Below, one piece after another: positions 40,201 to 52,200 of a DNA stretch of 60,948 nucleotides. The notes under the pieces are model-generated. The model had not been told where the DNA came from and did not search any database. It was given only the letters and a program-made list of their open reading frames with translations. The stretch is taken from positions 1-60,948 of the forward strand of contig CAZSWP010000023.1 in the NCBI GenBank assembly GCA_964610875.1. Direction: 5' to 3'. Each line of letters begins with the position of its first letter. Within the stretch, counting starts at the first letter, position 1. A program made the position numbers and the translations under genes. The stretch is from an uncultured archaeon (GTDB lineage: Archaea > Asgardarchaeota > Thorarchaeia > Thorarchaeales > Thorarchaeaceae).

Positions 40201-40440
40201 CATTCCTAGTTCTTCAAATCCCGAATATTCCTCCGTGTTCGTAATGATCGAGCCAGTGTATCGCTCTCCAGATTGTGCTGTTGAGATCTCCGATACTGGT
40301 GAATCAGACATTCTTGTTGTATCAAGTGATAGCCCAACAAGCGGTATTGAACTCGCAATCATTAGTACAGCCAATGATAATGATATTGTAGCGTGTATTC
40401 TCTTCATACAAATCTCTCCTGCTTCACCTAATTGAAGCAA
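37231..40440 (-). CDS. Surface protein paralogous in architecture to 26092-28650
   Basis: Signal peptide; three GFE-initiated modules; four Ig-like domains (DHAG, DNAGN); TM plus GKKKK. Probable start at 40407. Confidence 0.82.
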   Translation of the reverse strand: MLQLGEAGEICMKRIHATISLSLAVLMIASSIPLVGLSLDTTRMSDSPVSEISTAQSGERYTGSIITNTEEYSGFEELGMNGVPNGYNYGHTARGRTDLYYSGLYHSGSHSARVLAEGIGAESANIEAYQYVDDNTYYFDDKLYLSCYYYIDETPDLADGGVQYIRIRMYNGSSYTYLFYYISYNSGFSVSNSTYNGYYLLNSTLDSWHHLQRNLTLDAEEAITGWSVINAELDYFRFHVVSPQFASSPSIGIIDDVSIMTGLAAEAIDNTGFEDPTGGDWNGENSSPGYVSQSSTCLDGEYSANVSVYQEELDAYGYAMIGKYYPYPYALTATGPKSLNIEFDWNYTSTYNGGYDQSAYIQMYVQNSSNSFSIYYYFGNQLDQWSFGNSSWSKYVKDKNFGSNSTWEHTSIDMYELLSELNVNIMAVTSVNFYVTVGEYLNSSSIFLIDNYEVKTYPTFDPGFEQDWFWTSYNPLPGWQSQGSTYPYHNISSDSHSGDHSANLTIRNTDSGFRRQPYVETNPSMLVSAWWKLNWIEEISYSYVHIQLGFEGGYYLYYILANHGSGFSNTSSILYYDTENLNVTGTWVNLLRNFTSDLEPVTTEKLNLTEVRVHGYSASGGNLSILIDDFAIVDSEPPEILSVNQVTSTPVYYSEVIVQTEVTDNLEDIKEVILHYNTGSNWDTKTCDHISGDLYETSIPALPYGTEIDYYISALDWSSREAIDDNGGFYYSYTVGDDIAPTVAIVDWKNDTVVSNSILIEATADDVGSGVDYVEFTVDGVSFYNDSESPYEFNWNTRTVSNGTRTVDTIAHDHAGVTEVDRITLNVQNDVAPPELSTIQINPTTPQYNQAVLVSVAVTDATGVENVTLYYRLDEGTWTSVEMQPSVALYTAEIPAQEWGVEVDYYVVAYDTFGVATDVGIPASYIVGDNIDPTLSASGPSGDIVQGIVTFSYTASDLGSDIEKVELLIDGAMTDSSTAAQGTLEWDTSTFENGEYTIQVVVTDNAGNTASASFTYTVNNPQGLDAIGASLSGMMSEYGFFIGAGSMILLFAVGKVLMNRRSSAGKKKK

Positions 40441-40528
40441 TTTCTAACCATTTGAAGTCACTGAAATGAATTGAAATAACTCTTTCTAAACATGGAGTAT
40501 TCCCATTTTAGAGAGAAAATAAAAGAAA

Positions 40529-40552
40529 AGCCCCCTTGAAAATCAGGGGGCT
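40529..40552 (-). terminator. Hairpin plus U-tract after the 40561 gene
   Basis: AGCCCCCT-N8-AGGGGGCT followed by TTTTCTTTT on the minus strand. Confidence 0.7.
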
Positions 40553-40560
40553 CCAATAGT

Positions 40561-41115
40561 TCATTCCTCTTCTTTGCGTTTCCAGAGGTAAGCAATTGGT
40601 ATAGCAAATAGCATAACAAATGGAATTGCAACACCAGCGGCAACCATTGCTCTCTCTAGAAATGGTTCAAGAGAGAGCGTATTACCCATAGCAACTACAT
40701 GCTGGGTCGACTCGTGGTCTCTAAGTGTTTTGTAGAACTGTTGCCATGACATCTCTCGATCAGTAAATGAAACACCATCCAGATTCGACTGTAAAGCATA
40801 AACAGCAATCCAAGGATTATCTGAAAGCCAATAGTCTAAATCGGATGCATCCAATATGGGTATCATATGAACGCTGTTTATACGAAATGATACAATCTCA
40901 TAGATTCCTTGAGCAACATTTGTCAAGGTCTCATCATTTGGGTCATAGAAAATGTAGATGTTCTGCAAATCATAGCCTTGAAACTCTGGCTTGATGATTT
41001 GAGGTTCCTCAGTTATTGCTTCTCCTGCCCACACAGCAGGAGTCACGAGTCCAAAAAGCATGAGTGATATAAAAGCAACTGAAACAATCTGAATGCGGAG
41101 CAATCTCCAATTCAT
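40561..41115 (-). CDS. Short secreted/anchored protein, possibly an internally deleted larger gene
   Basis: Signal peptide, ~120-aa domain joined abruptly to a TM plus KRKEEE tail; strong GAGGAGG RBS. Confidence 0.6.
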   Translation of the reverse strand: MNWRLLRIQIVSVAFISLMLFGLVTPAVWAGEAITEEPQIIKPEFQGYDLQNIYIFYDPNDETLTNVAQGIYEIVSFRINSVHMIPILDASDLDYWLSDNPWIAVYALQSNLDGVSFTDREMSWQQFYKTLRDHESTQHVVAMGNTLSLEPFLERAMVAAGVAIPFVMLFAIPIAYLWKRKEEE

Positions 41116-41127
41116 ATAACTGTGTGC

Positions 41128-41260
41128 CTCCTCAATTGGCTCCCCGGAGCAAAGGAGGCCGACAGAAGAAAGATAACTAATTTGTTATTTCGAGGTTATC
41201 TCTCATTCTTCACATAAAGCCACTCGGTGCGTGCTTTTCGGTCTCTCTATCCGGTCGGCC
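41128..41260 (-). ncRNA. Candidate structured leader with RBS-sequestering hairpin
   Basis: GGCCGAC/GTCGGCC and AGATAAC/GTTATCT stems; GCCTCCT/AGGAGGC hairpin covers the SD sequence. Confidence 0.5.
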
Positions 41261-41290
41261 CAGCGATTGTACGACAGGTTTCATGAATTA

Positions 41291-41321
41291 TCTAGATATA
41301 ACACTTTGCTCTATATCTAGA
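41291..41321. promoter_or_regulatory. Inverted repeat at the likely promoter of the leader
   Basis: TCTAGATATA-N11-TATATCTAGA. Confidence 0.45.
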
Positions 41322-41517
41322 AACTACTGGAAAGATTGACTATCTTATTGAATAAAAAGATGTCATAGTCTTCATCATATGCTTTAAAATATACTAACTA
41401 GATTTCCGACCATAGGAATATTCAAGCTTATGGCATGATATCCGGTTGAAAAATAAAAAGTGCAAATAGGAAAGAATCCTACTTGCATGATATCTAGATT
41501 CAAGATATGTATGAAGA

Positions 41518-42015
41518 CTAGTACATGTCTTTTGCGACCATCATATCTTCTTGTAAAGCTTGAAGGTCTTCTTCATGCTCTACCTCATCTTCTAGAATTT
41601 CTAAGACCATGTTATAGGTGACTGGGTCTTTGTCTTTGGTCATTTCAAGCAACTTATCGTAGACGTCGATTGCACATCTTTCGCCTTCGATATTCTGGAC
41701 TAGCAACTCTTTAACTGAAGGGTCTGAAGGTACATTGTATCCACAATTGGTGCGATCATACCAGTCTTCTGGTTTCAGTATAGGAGTACCGCCCAGCTGA
41801 ATTATGCGTTCAGTCAACATATCTGCATGTCGTAGTTCATCAAGTGCATGCTCCATGAGTTCGGCTACTACCGCTCCTCTCATCGGACCGACAGCAATTT
41901 TGGCACCTATCCAATATTGATAGTATGCCAACCACTCATCAGCATATGCTTTGTTCAAATGCTTAACAAGTTCTTCAACATCTAGTTTAACTATTTCCTT
42001 TCCTCGTTTTCCCAT
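41518..42015 (-). CDS. DPS-like (DPSL/thioferritin) ferritin-family protein
   Basis: LNKAYADEWLAYYQYW, DELRHA, RIIQLGG, NCGY and ERCAI cysteine pair, DPVTY, DEVEHEEDL. Confidence 0.9.
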   Translation of the reverse strand: MGKRGKEIVKLDVEELVKHLNKAYADEWLAYYQYWIGAKIAVGPMRGAVVAELMEHALDELRHADMLTERIIQLGGTPILKPEDWYDRTNCGYNVPSDPSVKELLVQNIEGERCAIDVYDKLLEMTKDKDPVTYNMVLEILEDEVEHEEDLQALQEDMMVAKDMY

Positions 42016-42110
42016 TATATTCAAATCCAGAACTTGGAAATCCATATTGATTATTCCGAAATTGGAAATTTCAATTGTCTTTCTAAGTTTTGTAGTTATA
42101 CTTAGTACAT

Positions 42111-44539
42111 CTATATTATAAATCTGAGGAAAGCTCGGTCACGCATGTGATTCTCTTGAATTCCTTCTTTTGTATGAAAATTAGAGATATGGTTCAAACT
42201 CCTCAAAGAAATTGGTGCGACATAGGGTACTAGAGAAACCTCATTGTTTCTTGTATTCATTGATGTTGTCTTGTAATTCATTATAAGAGAATCCATATTC
42301 AAAAAATAATTCTCTCTTAGTTGCCTGAGTGAATCTGTTTCGTCTATGATGAATGATTTTGACCATTCAGGCATAGAAGGTCCTGTACCACTATCAAGCA
42401 TAAGCCACCATGCTTCATCAGTAAGTCTCTGATTCATCGGCATGGTAAATTCGTAATACGAGTACATTGCACCTCTAGCAAGAAATGGTTCTCCATTTTC
42501 ATTAGGACAAATAACATACATTACAAGAGGATTGCCGGTGGCTTCTTCCAGAACAAGATCACTATTTGCATCCGTATGAACATCAACTACTAGAGCTGCT
42601 TCCCCACAAGATGTATCCAGTCCCTCAATAAATTTCAGGTAAGTCCCAACATTTTCTAGAAGCACCTTATCAGTTTCATTGAAAGATTGTCCCGTCATTT
42701 CCTTGATTGATATGGCCTGAAAATTGAGGAGCAGACGATGCAAATCCTGTAGTCTGTAGGCGACATTATTATGGAGGAGACCTCTCTTTTCCAACCCATT
42801 AAGCATCATCCTACATAAAGAAGCAAGTCGAGCATAAAGATCTGGTTCTGGCTCAACATATCCAGGTGGTGGTGTAGGGGACACAACTCTGTAAGTTGTA
42901 TATGATTGCTTTGCATAGAGAACAGTATCATGACGAAGCTCAGTCCACGTACCTAGAGCTGACATGAGTTTCTTATCCCCCCATTGAGGAGTAGTCATGA
43001 AGAGAGGAGCATTCTCATCAGATTTTTCGAGAAGCGGCTGAACAGAATACAACCATAACCAGTATAGATTCTGAGTCCATGTACTCAGTGACATACTCTC
43101 AAATTCTTCTTGTAACAATTCCATTTGCTGTTCATACAGTCTGTATTGTTTATCATCTTCAAGCAGTTCCCATGCACGTTCATTTCCAAAAGCTGCCATA
43201 ACATCAAGCCCTTTTGGAAGGTTACGAAGTGACCCATCTCTAGTGCTCTGCAATACATTATCATAAACGAGCTGACTAAAGATGTAGCTGTCAGGCACAT
43301 ACCTCTGACCCATGAATCGGATTCCTTTCGTGTTGTTTGAAACATCAGCAGAATCCATTAGAAATCCGGACAGAATTGCAGGGTTTCTACATTGTAATGC
43401 AAGACTACGGAAAAGGTCAAGTTTCGTAGAGTTCTGGAGGTCAATAAAAGAACAAGCTTCACCATACACTTGGTCAATCAGTATCCTATATTCATAGGGA
43501 GTGAGGTCGTCACTCGTTCCAACAAAGAAACTGGTCGTGTCATAGATTGATGCCCATGTCTCGTTTGCAGCATTCGTAGTCGGAAAAATACTGCTAAGAT
43601 CTTCTAAAGCAATGGTAATCAGTATGGCTTGTGCAGTCTCATCACGACCACGTTCTGCTGATAGCTAAGTCCCATGTCTGCAGGAATTATTCTAAAACCA
43701 ATTCGACCCAGCCACATCATTGCTTTGAAATATCGTGTGAGTTCATCGCTTCGAGTGTAATGTCCTCGAGGAATATATTGAGAAAAGTCCTCACGTTGTC
43801 CCATAAACCAGTTGTCATTAAAACCATCTGCATTTTCAATCAATACAAGTACAGTTTCGACAATTCTAGAAACCTGTTCAGGTATTTGCCAAGACGGGTC
43901 GATTAGTTTTGCGGGAACAGAAAAAAATGCTGCATTCTTTAAAGCTGAATCCTTCCATCTAGAAGGGCTCAATCTATTGTAGTAATCAAGAGACCTATCT
44001 ACCTGATGTAACATGAGATTAAGGACCTGCTCTGTAAAATTGTATTCCTCTAGTTGTTTTAGGCCAATATCAAAAATGACATGATAGGCATGAAGCACCG
44101 AGTCAACAGTTACAAAGGAAGGAATACCACCTTCTTGATTATCAGAGTATATTTCGGAGAATTGCTCTGAATTAGTATATGGATTTGGAAACGCAGTGAA
44201 ATAATGATTACGCAATGCTTGTTCAATCTCTTGGTTCCAATATAGATTCCTAAATCGTTGAATGTTCATGATATTTGAAAGATCACTCTGAACTTGATAA
44301 TTAGGTGCATTGATAGTATATTCCAATTCATAATCATAATAATCTGCGAATGTACGAGGGGTAATGTATGATGTGTTTTCGATTTCAAGTAGACCAGTAC
44401 TCATCTCTCCGCGATAAAGCAATATCACAGGAATGATGGCACTAGTAATCATTACGACTATTATTAGACCAACTACTTTCCGACCAAATTGTTTTCGCTC
44501 ATTGGCATGCATCATATTCCTTTTCCCTCTCAATTCCAC
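42111..44539 (-). pseudogene. DUF3160 family protein split by a frameshift near 43654
   Basis: EDFSQYIPRGHYTRS...YFKAMMWLGR in the first ORF; frame change to RGRDETAQA...FFVGTSDDL, FMGQRYVPD, WTELRHDTVLYAKQ, GYVEP in the second. Confidence 0.8.
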
Positions 44540-44677
44540 TTTTCATACAAGGGAAAAAACAAATATGAATACTATCATTCGCGCGGCTCTAAAACAAGTC
44601 ATCTAAGACATATTGGATTAATCTCATATTTCATAGGAGTCCGACGAAGCTCTTTTGATTCTAGATTCATGTATATA

Positions 44678-45100
44678 TTATTCATCCATCGTAAAGCTAA
44701 ATTCTCTGAGAAACTCTCCAAACTTGACATCAATTCCTTTGATATGATTTACTAACCAGTTCATAAGATATGTGCGAATAGACTCACTCAATTTTGTGGT
44801 TGCTCCCTCTTCCTCAAAGTCATATCTCAGGGTCTCAAGCATTTGTTTAAATTCTTCGTGTTGTTTGATGTGAGCATCTGTGTAGGGGTACTCGTATTTT
44901 CGCATATTCTTTTCTTCTGTTGAAAAGTGGAAATCTGTATATTCAGTCATGAAAGCTAGAGTCTGAAGGACTTTGCCAACTCCCTTCCGCTCCTTTATCG
45001 CTTCATCAATTGCTGCAATTTTTTGGATCAATGCTTGATGTTGTTGGTCAATTAGGTTAATGCCAACGGAGAGACTGTCATCCCATGCGATTTCTATCAT
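44678..45100 (-). CDS. Bacteriohemerythrin
   Basis: WDDSLSVG..IDQQH, HFSTEE, H...H, WLVNHIKGID. Confidence 0.95.
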   Translation of the reverse strand: MIEIAWDDSLSVGINLIDQQHQALIQKIAAIDEAIKERKGVGKVLQTLAFMTEYTDFHFSTEEKNMRKYEYPYTDAHIKQHEEFKQMLETLRYDFEEEGATTKLSESIRTYLMNWLVNHIKGIDVKFGEFLREFSFTMDE

Positions 45101-45209
45101 TATCAGGTTTCACCTTTTTCTGCACAGACACAGCAGTGTCTATAGTATGGTCCAAAGAATGAAACAAATAAATGATACTGTCTGTAATCTAAATGTCTAG
45201 GATAGAATA

Positions 45210-46139
45210 GTGACAAATTGGAAGAGGATACACTTTATGAAACTGAGCAGAGAAAAATATCTGGCTGCATCCAAATTTATCGAGAAGTATGCAAGACCTC
45301 TTGATAAGAGAAGATTCGAATTTCATTTCAAGAGGGGCACGAAAGAAGAGGTCTTGAAGGAACTCAGGAAATTCCAGAACACAGATGGAGGATTCGGACA
45401 TGCCATTGAACCAGACCTGAGAGCAAAGGTGTCTTCACCATATGCTACAACAGTTGGAATTCAACATTATCTTGAGATTGGAGATCCAACTGATAGACCA
45501 ATGATAAAAAATGCAATACAATACCTCATTGAAACCTACGACAGTGAGAATAAGTATTGGCCGGCTGTTTTTGAGGATGTTAATGAGGAACCTCATGCTC
45601 CATGGTGGCACGTATCAGAGCTGAAACGACCGAAAGGAGCAGACTGGGCAAATCCTAGTGCAGAGATTGTTGGATACTTGGAGCTATATTCAGACTATGT
45701 CCCTCCTGATTTGTTAGATGAAGTTAGGAAAGAATGCACAAGAAATCTTAAGTCACTCGAGTACATTGATAGCTGGTTATACAATGTCATGTGCTGGGAG
45801 AGAGCTTATACATACTTTCCTGACCAATTGAAGGTCTTGGCTAAAAATAAGATTCATGCCACTTTTGACCATCACCATCCGATGACCAATGACACTCTTG
45901 GTGAGATTCGAATTACTTGGATAGCTCCTACAAAGAATTCCATTCTAGCAACACAGTATCCCGAGGTTTTTGAATCCCTTCTCGAAGAGGAAATTGGTAG
46001 GCAAGCAGATAATGGTGGTTGGTGGCCTACTTGGCAGTGGGGTCAATATGAAGAAGAATGGGAAATCGCAAAACAGGAGTGGGCCGGAAAAATCACTGTG
46101 GATTGCCTACTTTGTCTAAAAGAATATGACATGCTTTAG
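45210..46139 (+). CDS. Prenyltransferase/terpene-cyclase-fold hypothetical protein
   Basis: ARPLD, FQNTDGGFGHAIEPD, PHAPWW, QADNGGW (QW-like repeats). Confidence 0.75.
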   Translation: MTNWKRIHFMKLSREKYLAASKFIEKYARPLDKRRFEFHFKRGTKEEVLKELRKFQNTDGGFGHAIEPDLRAKVSSPYATTVGIQHYLEIGDPTDRPMIKNAIQYLIETYDSENKYWPAVFEDVNEEPHAPWWHVSELKRPKGADWANPSAEIVGYLELYSDYVPPDLLDEVRKECTRNLKSLEYIDSWLYNVMCWERAYTYFPDQLKVLAKNKIHATFDHHHPMTNDTLGEIRITWIAPTKNSILATQYPEVFESLLEEEIGRQADNGGWWPTWQWGQYEEEWEIAKQEWAGKITVDCLLCLKEYDML

Positions 46140-46179
46140 AAAGTCATGACCTATGTCACTTGCATTTTGGAAGAAAGAT

Positions 46180-46200
46180 GGAGGGGTTTATGCCCCCTCC
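46180..46200 (-). terminator. Hairpin after the 46204 gene
   Basis: GGAGGGG-N7-CCCCTCC. Confidence 0.55.
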
Positions 46201-46203
46201 GAG

Positions 46204-49200
46204 CTACCTCTTAATGATTCCCTTTTTCAATAACACAATCACAACTATCACTACCATAATACCTCCAATTGCCACCACAAGTACTATCATCATTGGGTCC
46301 ATTCCTCCAGGAGGTGGAGTAGAAGTATCAGTAGTTGAGGTATCAGTTGTAGATGTGTCAGTGGTAGTATCAGTTGTAGTCGTTGTAGTTGTGGTAGAGG
46401 TTGTTGTTGTTGCTTCATTCACTTCAATTGTAACGAAACCTTCCACAGAATTGCCTACCTTATCATAGACAACTATCTTCAATGTACGACTGCCAACATC
46501 TAGGAAGGGTATATCATATTCAATCACACCATCGGTTATGGTTCCATTCTCATATGATATGTCGTCAATTGTGATGTTGTAGTGACTCGGTGTCAAATCT
46601 GTAACAGTCCATGACAAAGTCTCAGATTCTCCATATTCTATCGTCACGTCATCAGGATCAGTAATCACTGGTCCTGTATCATCGAACCAAACGAAGATTG
46701 TAAGTTTAGCAATATTGCCTACCCCATCTGACGCGACGAACGTGATATTGTAAATTCCCTCATCTGTGAAGCTGAACACATGCGTACAGTAGAGACTCTC
46801 TGTAGAACCAGTTTCGTTCACTCCAACAGTCCCATTCATGTAGACGACATGCCAGGAGAGGTTGGATAGAACATCATGTGCGGTTGCATAAACCTCGATC
46901 GAGGACGAGTCAGTAGCGGAATCGTCCTGATGTGATATTCCATCAAAGTATGGTCCTGTATTGTCTACTAGAATTTCTATTCGTAGTGACCAATGTAGAA
47001 TTGGATTTAAACCTCCAGTAGCACTAACTGATATGTTAACTTCTCCATCTGAAAACGAGGAAGATATGGTGTATTCAATCAGACCTGCGCCACCAGATTC
47101 AACTATTGCAGTATTTATGGCAAGATTCACAATGATTGTTGTTGAACCTTCATAGAGCACACCTGGAACTACAGTCGTAAATGCTTGTACTGTAAAGGGA
47201 CCATGGATGGCATCTCCTTCCTCGATATTTAGGACCTCGATGAATACTTCAAAACTACGAGGTGCTATAGTTAGAGGATGATAGTCAAATAAACCGCTTC
47301 GAACCTCATGAGGCGAGTCACCAAAACCATCATTATCAGCATCAACACCAGCATAATCAAACCAATAATTGCCATAGACACTTGCGTTTACATTGAATGC
47401 CGTAGTTAAGAAACTGTATTCGGAATAGAACGCATTCATAGTGAAAGTGATATTGCTACCATACTCTTGATAGAACTGTATTGTGTTTCCATCGGAAAAA
47501 CCATTGCCAATGAATAAGAAGTCAGAACAATATGTAATCAATGGTGTAGTTCCAATAGATGAATTTGTGATAGTACAAGAGTTTAGATGATGAAGGCGCA
47601 ATCTGAAACCATCAAGATTTGAGCCATTGATAGTCACATATTGACAGAACATCATAGAGAACGAATAGGTGTCTAGATTGTTATATTGAGTATTTGTCTT
47701 ATTTGCAATATAGATGATTCCTTTGCCATCTAATGTATTAGATGTGTCGATATCATGTACCGCTTCTTCGACAGTATTTGCGTTAACATTGATTGCACCT
47801 TGATCACAATTTGTCACTACACTATCTCGTATCGTTACATTGACACAAAGATAAATATGGAATCCAATACTTCCCGAGTCAACATCAACATTAGATATTG
47901 TCACATTCTCAGAGTAGTACAAACTGACTCCAACTGTGCATTCCGTTACCGATACTTCATAGATATTGATACCATCTGCATTCCAGCCATAGACACCATC
48001 ATCAGCGTTCTCAATGACTTCAAACTCAATTGTGAAATTACTACCAGCATCAGTTATGTGGACAGGGAAATCACAATTGCTATACGAATTATACGCGATA
48101 TAGTAGTTATTTCCACCTTGATAGACATCCAAACCTCGAAGAGCATCCTCAATTGAGTTGTATGAAAAGACAACATTATCCACTTTGATTCTATAGACTG
48201 CATAGTCACATTCGATGAAATCATTGTTAGTGATAGTTGTTCGGAGAATTGTTGAGTCTACCATATCGATTGCTCGTTGACAACCTAGGAAAGTAGACTC
48301 AAACACTGTCACGTTTGGATTCCCACTGAAATAATTGAATCTGATACCTGTCGTTAGATTCCTAAACTCGCAGAGTTGAATGATTCCACCATTGTTGGCA
48401 ACTGCTTCAAATCCAATGGTACCATTATAGATATCACAATTGTATAGAGAGTACCAACCAATACCCTGTTCAAGCTGTATTCCCTGTTCACCATAAAGAT
48501 CAAAATCAGAGTTCTTGATTTCTATTAGTGCGAAGTATAGAGCATACATCGCATATCCATCAATTCCTTTGGCACTGACATTGTCGAATAGCGCTGTCGG
48601 GAAATCATCTACTGCGCATTGTAGAGTAATGGGATAATCAACAAAATCAAAGACAGTATCATATACATTAAGATAACCGTAGTAGTGATTTGTCTGATAG
48701 ATTCCAGTCGAGAAGTCAGTGATGGTAGCATTCCTTATGGTAATGTCTTCTCCATTATACAAAGAGAATGCTCGGTCGCTGCCTGTAACTAGATCAACAT
48801 TGAATATTCTGATATCAGATGAATCTGAAATGTAAATTCCATAACTCACATCGTAGATTAAGCAATCATTAATGGTGATATTAGTACAAGACTGAACGAA
48901 TATACCAGAGTACTCAGCATTTCCAACAGTGATTGTACTCATATTGAAATCTCGAAGATTTGTACCATCCAGTAGCACTCCATAGTATGTATGATTTAGA
49001 TGAATGTCAACGAGTTCGGTTGTATTGGTCTCTATTTGAAGTCGATAGATGCCAAATAGCAGAGTGCCATCAAGCTCCAAGTAGCTCTGTGGTTCAGCAT
49101 ACATCTCAAATCGATAGGTGATGTCGTAAGCACTCAGTCTACCGTTGGTCATAATGACCTCTGACCCTGTATTCACTATCATATCATATTGTCCATCGCT

Positions 49201-52200
49201 CGTACAATTGAACCATAATGATGCATTGTAGATATACAACTTTGCAGGTGAATAGACTACAATATTTCCATTCAAAGTATAGTTTGTAGCTAGGCAATAT
49301 GTATCAACATAGACATGCCAACCAGGATTAGAAGAGGGTAAAGAACCCCAAATCATCAGTGGATAAGGATCTGTTAGTCCACTGTTTTGATAGGGGGTAT
49401 CACCAATTAGGTCCCCATCATAATCGTAGAATTGATATTCCATGTAGAAGTTACCATATGTCCCATTGTGAATTTGATTGCCACCAATTTGGTCATCTAA
49501 GATTGTCGTTACACCATTAAAGAAGTTGTAATAGATGAGATTATTTGAAGCACCACTGATTGTACGAACTCCAGTAGATAAGTACCAAAACTCATTGTAT
49601 CTAATAATCACATTGGAAGAGGTTGAGAACACAGCTAGGTTTCCATTTGAGAATGTACAATTCTCAATATTGACTCCCGCGCAGCTATCAGTATTAATGT
49701 AACTTTGAGTGATACTACTAAATTCCATGCGGGATATTGATGTTCCATCCGCATGAAACATAAAGATACCATTTACAGAACAATCAGAAATACTACCTCC
49801 AACTACGGTAGTTGAATCTGAATACCAAAGATATATGCCATCCCTAGTGTCCGAGCAGATAATATCTGTTAGAGTAAGTCCATCCACATTATCAATTCGT
49901 AATCCGTGATAAGGACTATCAGTGATTGTTAGATTTCTAAGTGTGACTCCCGTTACATTGATGAAGAATCCATCATTGTCCGTTCCGTAACCACATCGAT
50001 CAACAAACACATCGTCCATGACAAGAGTTGAACCTGTGTCGAGACCGAAACCATATGTACCAACTGTCTGGTTCGCTGTCAGTCTTGCTCCACCTTTTAT
50101 TATCAGAGAGCATCCAGATTGCACATCTATAGACTGGAAGTATGAACCATCCGAACGGAATACCAATCTTGTCCCTATCAAAGTCAAATTCCCAATGCCA
50201 CCCATATTTTCGCCTACAACCACGCCCATTTCAGGATATACGGTTGTATTTAGTACAATCCACAACTCAAAGATATAGACAGGAGATGTGTCAACTACAT
50301 TTGAAAATACATACATATACTCAGGGTGATTCATCAACAATGGATAATTATCATCATAGGTTGAAACAACCCTGTAAGGGACATCTCCAACCCACGGGTT
50401 CCCTGAACCAGCATCATAGCTATCACAGTAGTCCATACCTCCAGGTCCAGATGGTCCCCAGAAGTTGCCAATAGTGCCATTATCAAAATATGTTGTTCCA
50501 CCTGCAGTACTATGGATGTTACCGTCAGCATTATTATGAAGAACATTGAACCAGTATGTACTTCCACCTGATGCGACTTCTAAATAGATTCCATATCCTT
50601 CACAATAGGTAATTGAATTATTAAAGACATCTGCACTTGTGGCTGTGTCTCCACGAAAACCATGCTGGCCACAGGATGAAATGATGTTGTGCATAATGTC
50701 ATTACCATCACCATATACGTGGATACCATCCACACCAATGGATGTTACATTATTATTCAAAACGTGTGAGTTTGAACATAGCATCAACTTGATACCTGTC
50801 CCATCAATGTCATAGACAGTATTCCAAGTTATGTTCACATTTTGCCCTGAGGGTCCTTCAACATCAATCCCGTTTCCAGTACAGTCATAGATGGTATTGT
50901 GCGAGATAAGAGCATCATAAGCACTGTCATATGTGATTGCTCCACCAGAACCAATATTGTATATAGTATTTCCAGTGATGATGATGTCTTCACCTTCAGG
51001 AATAGTGATACCAGAAGAAGTGCAATTAGCAATGACATTGTTAGTTATTGTGATATTATCGAAAATACCATTGAAGAAACGTATACCTATGGTCCCACCT
51101 TCTAATATGTTGTTATCAATTGTGTAGAATTCAGAATTGCCAGTTGCTACATTGATACACATTCCTGAGGCCATGTGGATCTCGTTGTTGATGATATCAT
51201 TTTCATCTGCACCTTGATATACTCCAATTCCAGTTATAGTGCAGTCTGTAAGAGTATTATCGTAAATAATTGCATAGCCACTATTGTCTAACCGCAGGGG
51301 CTCAGATGCAGAGTTCCATGTATTGTAATATATGTCTGCATCATTGGAGAAGTATAATTGTAGGGGAGTACTGCCAAAAGTACACCATCTTATATCTGGG
51401 TTGAAACAATATTCAAAATATAGAGCTGTTGCATCTATTTCCAAATCCCAGAAGTTTACATCATTTGAGGACTTGACAACAAAATCATTTGTTGCTGTCA
51501 TTGAACAATTCTTGAAAGTAGCCCTATCTACCTCATCTGCAACAACAGCACCACCGAAGTTACACCTCGTAGCATTTACCTCGGGAGCAGATATGATTGT
51601 CGTACTTCCAGAAACCACATTAGTGTCAGATATATCAAATCCAAGATAGTCCCCTGTATCACAATCTATTGTCAAGTTTCCTGAATTTATTGTTGTATGA
51701 GTTAAATCTGCATAAGTATCGAACACTCTGGTACTAACAAAGAAAGTGAAATTTCCATCAACAATCGTATTCCAAGAGAAGTTGGCATACTGAGAATCCT
51801 CCAATTCCACATTAATATAGATGTCAGATGTCACGAAGTTCTCATATACGTTGCATAAAGCGTATCCCGAAGTTACGTTCAATCTTCCACCATTGATTTT
51901 GTTATGCGACACCATAAAGGATTCTAATGTTATGTCATAATCCATTCCAGTTATCTCAACCCAGTTATCATCACCAGGTGTTGCAAAGGTGATGGAGTTG
52001 TTAACAATCTGCGCCTGTCTATGAACTGCAAATCCACTAGTCGTTCCTTCGAAGGTGCAGTTCTCAATCTGAGCTGTCACAAATTCAAGGTAGTCTTCAT
52101 CAAACTCACTATACATCTCAATACCAATACCAGGTGTATCAGTGAAATTAGATTCGATAAATCTTACAATTCTTCCGCTTGTGTCAAATGTACCAGAACT

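Noticed and set aside
46160-46468. Val-rich antisense ORFs (also 54184-54444, 34295-36721)
   Set aside because: Shadows of Thr- or Ser-rich coding sequence on the opposite strand.
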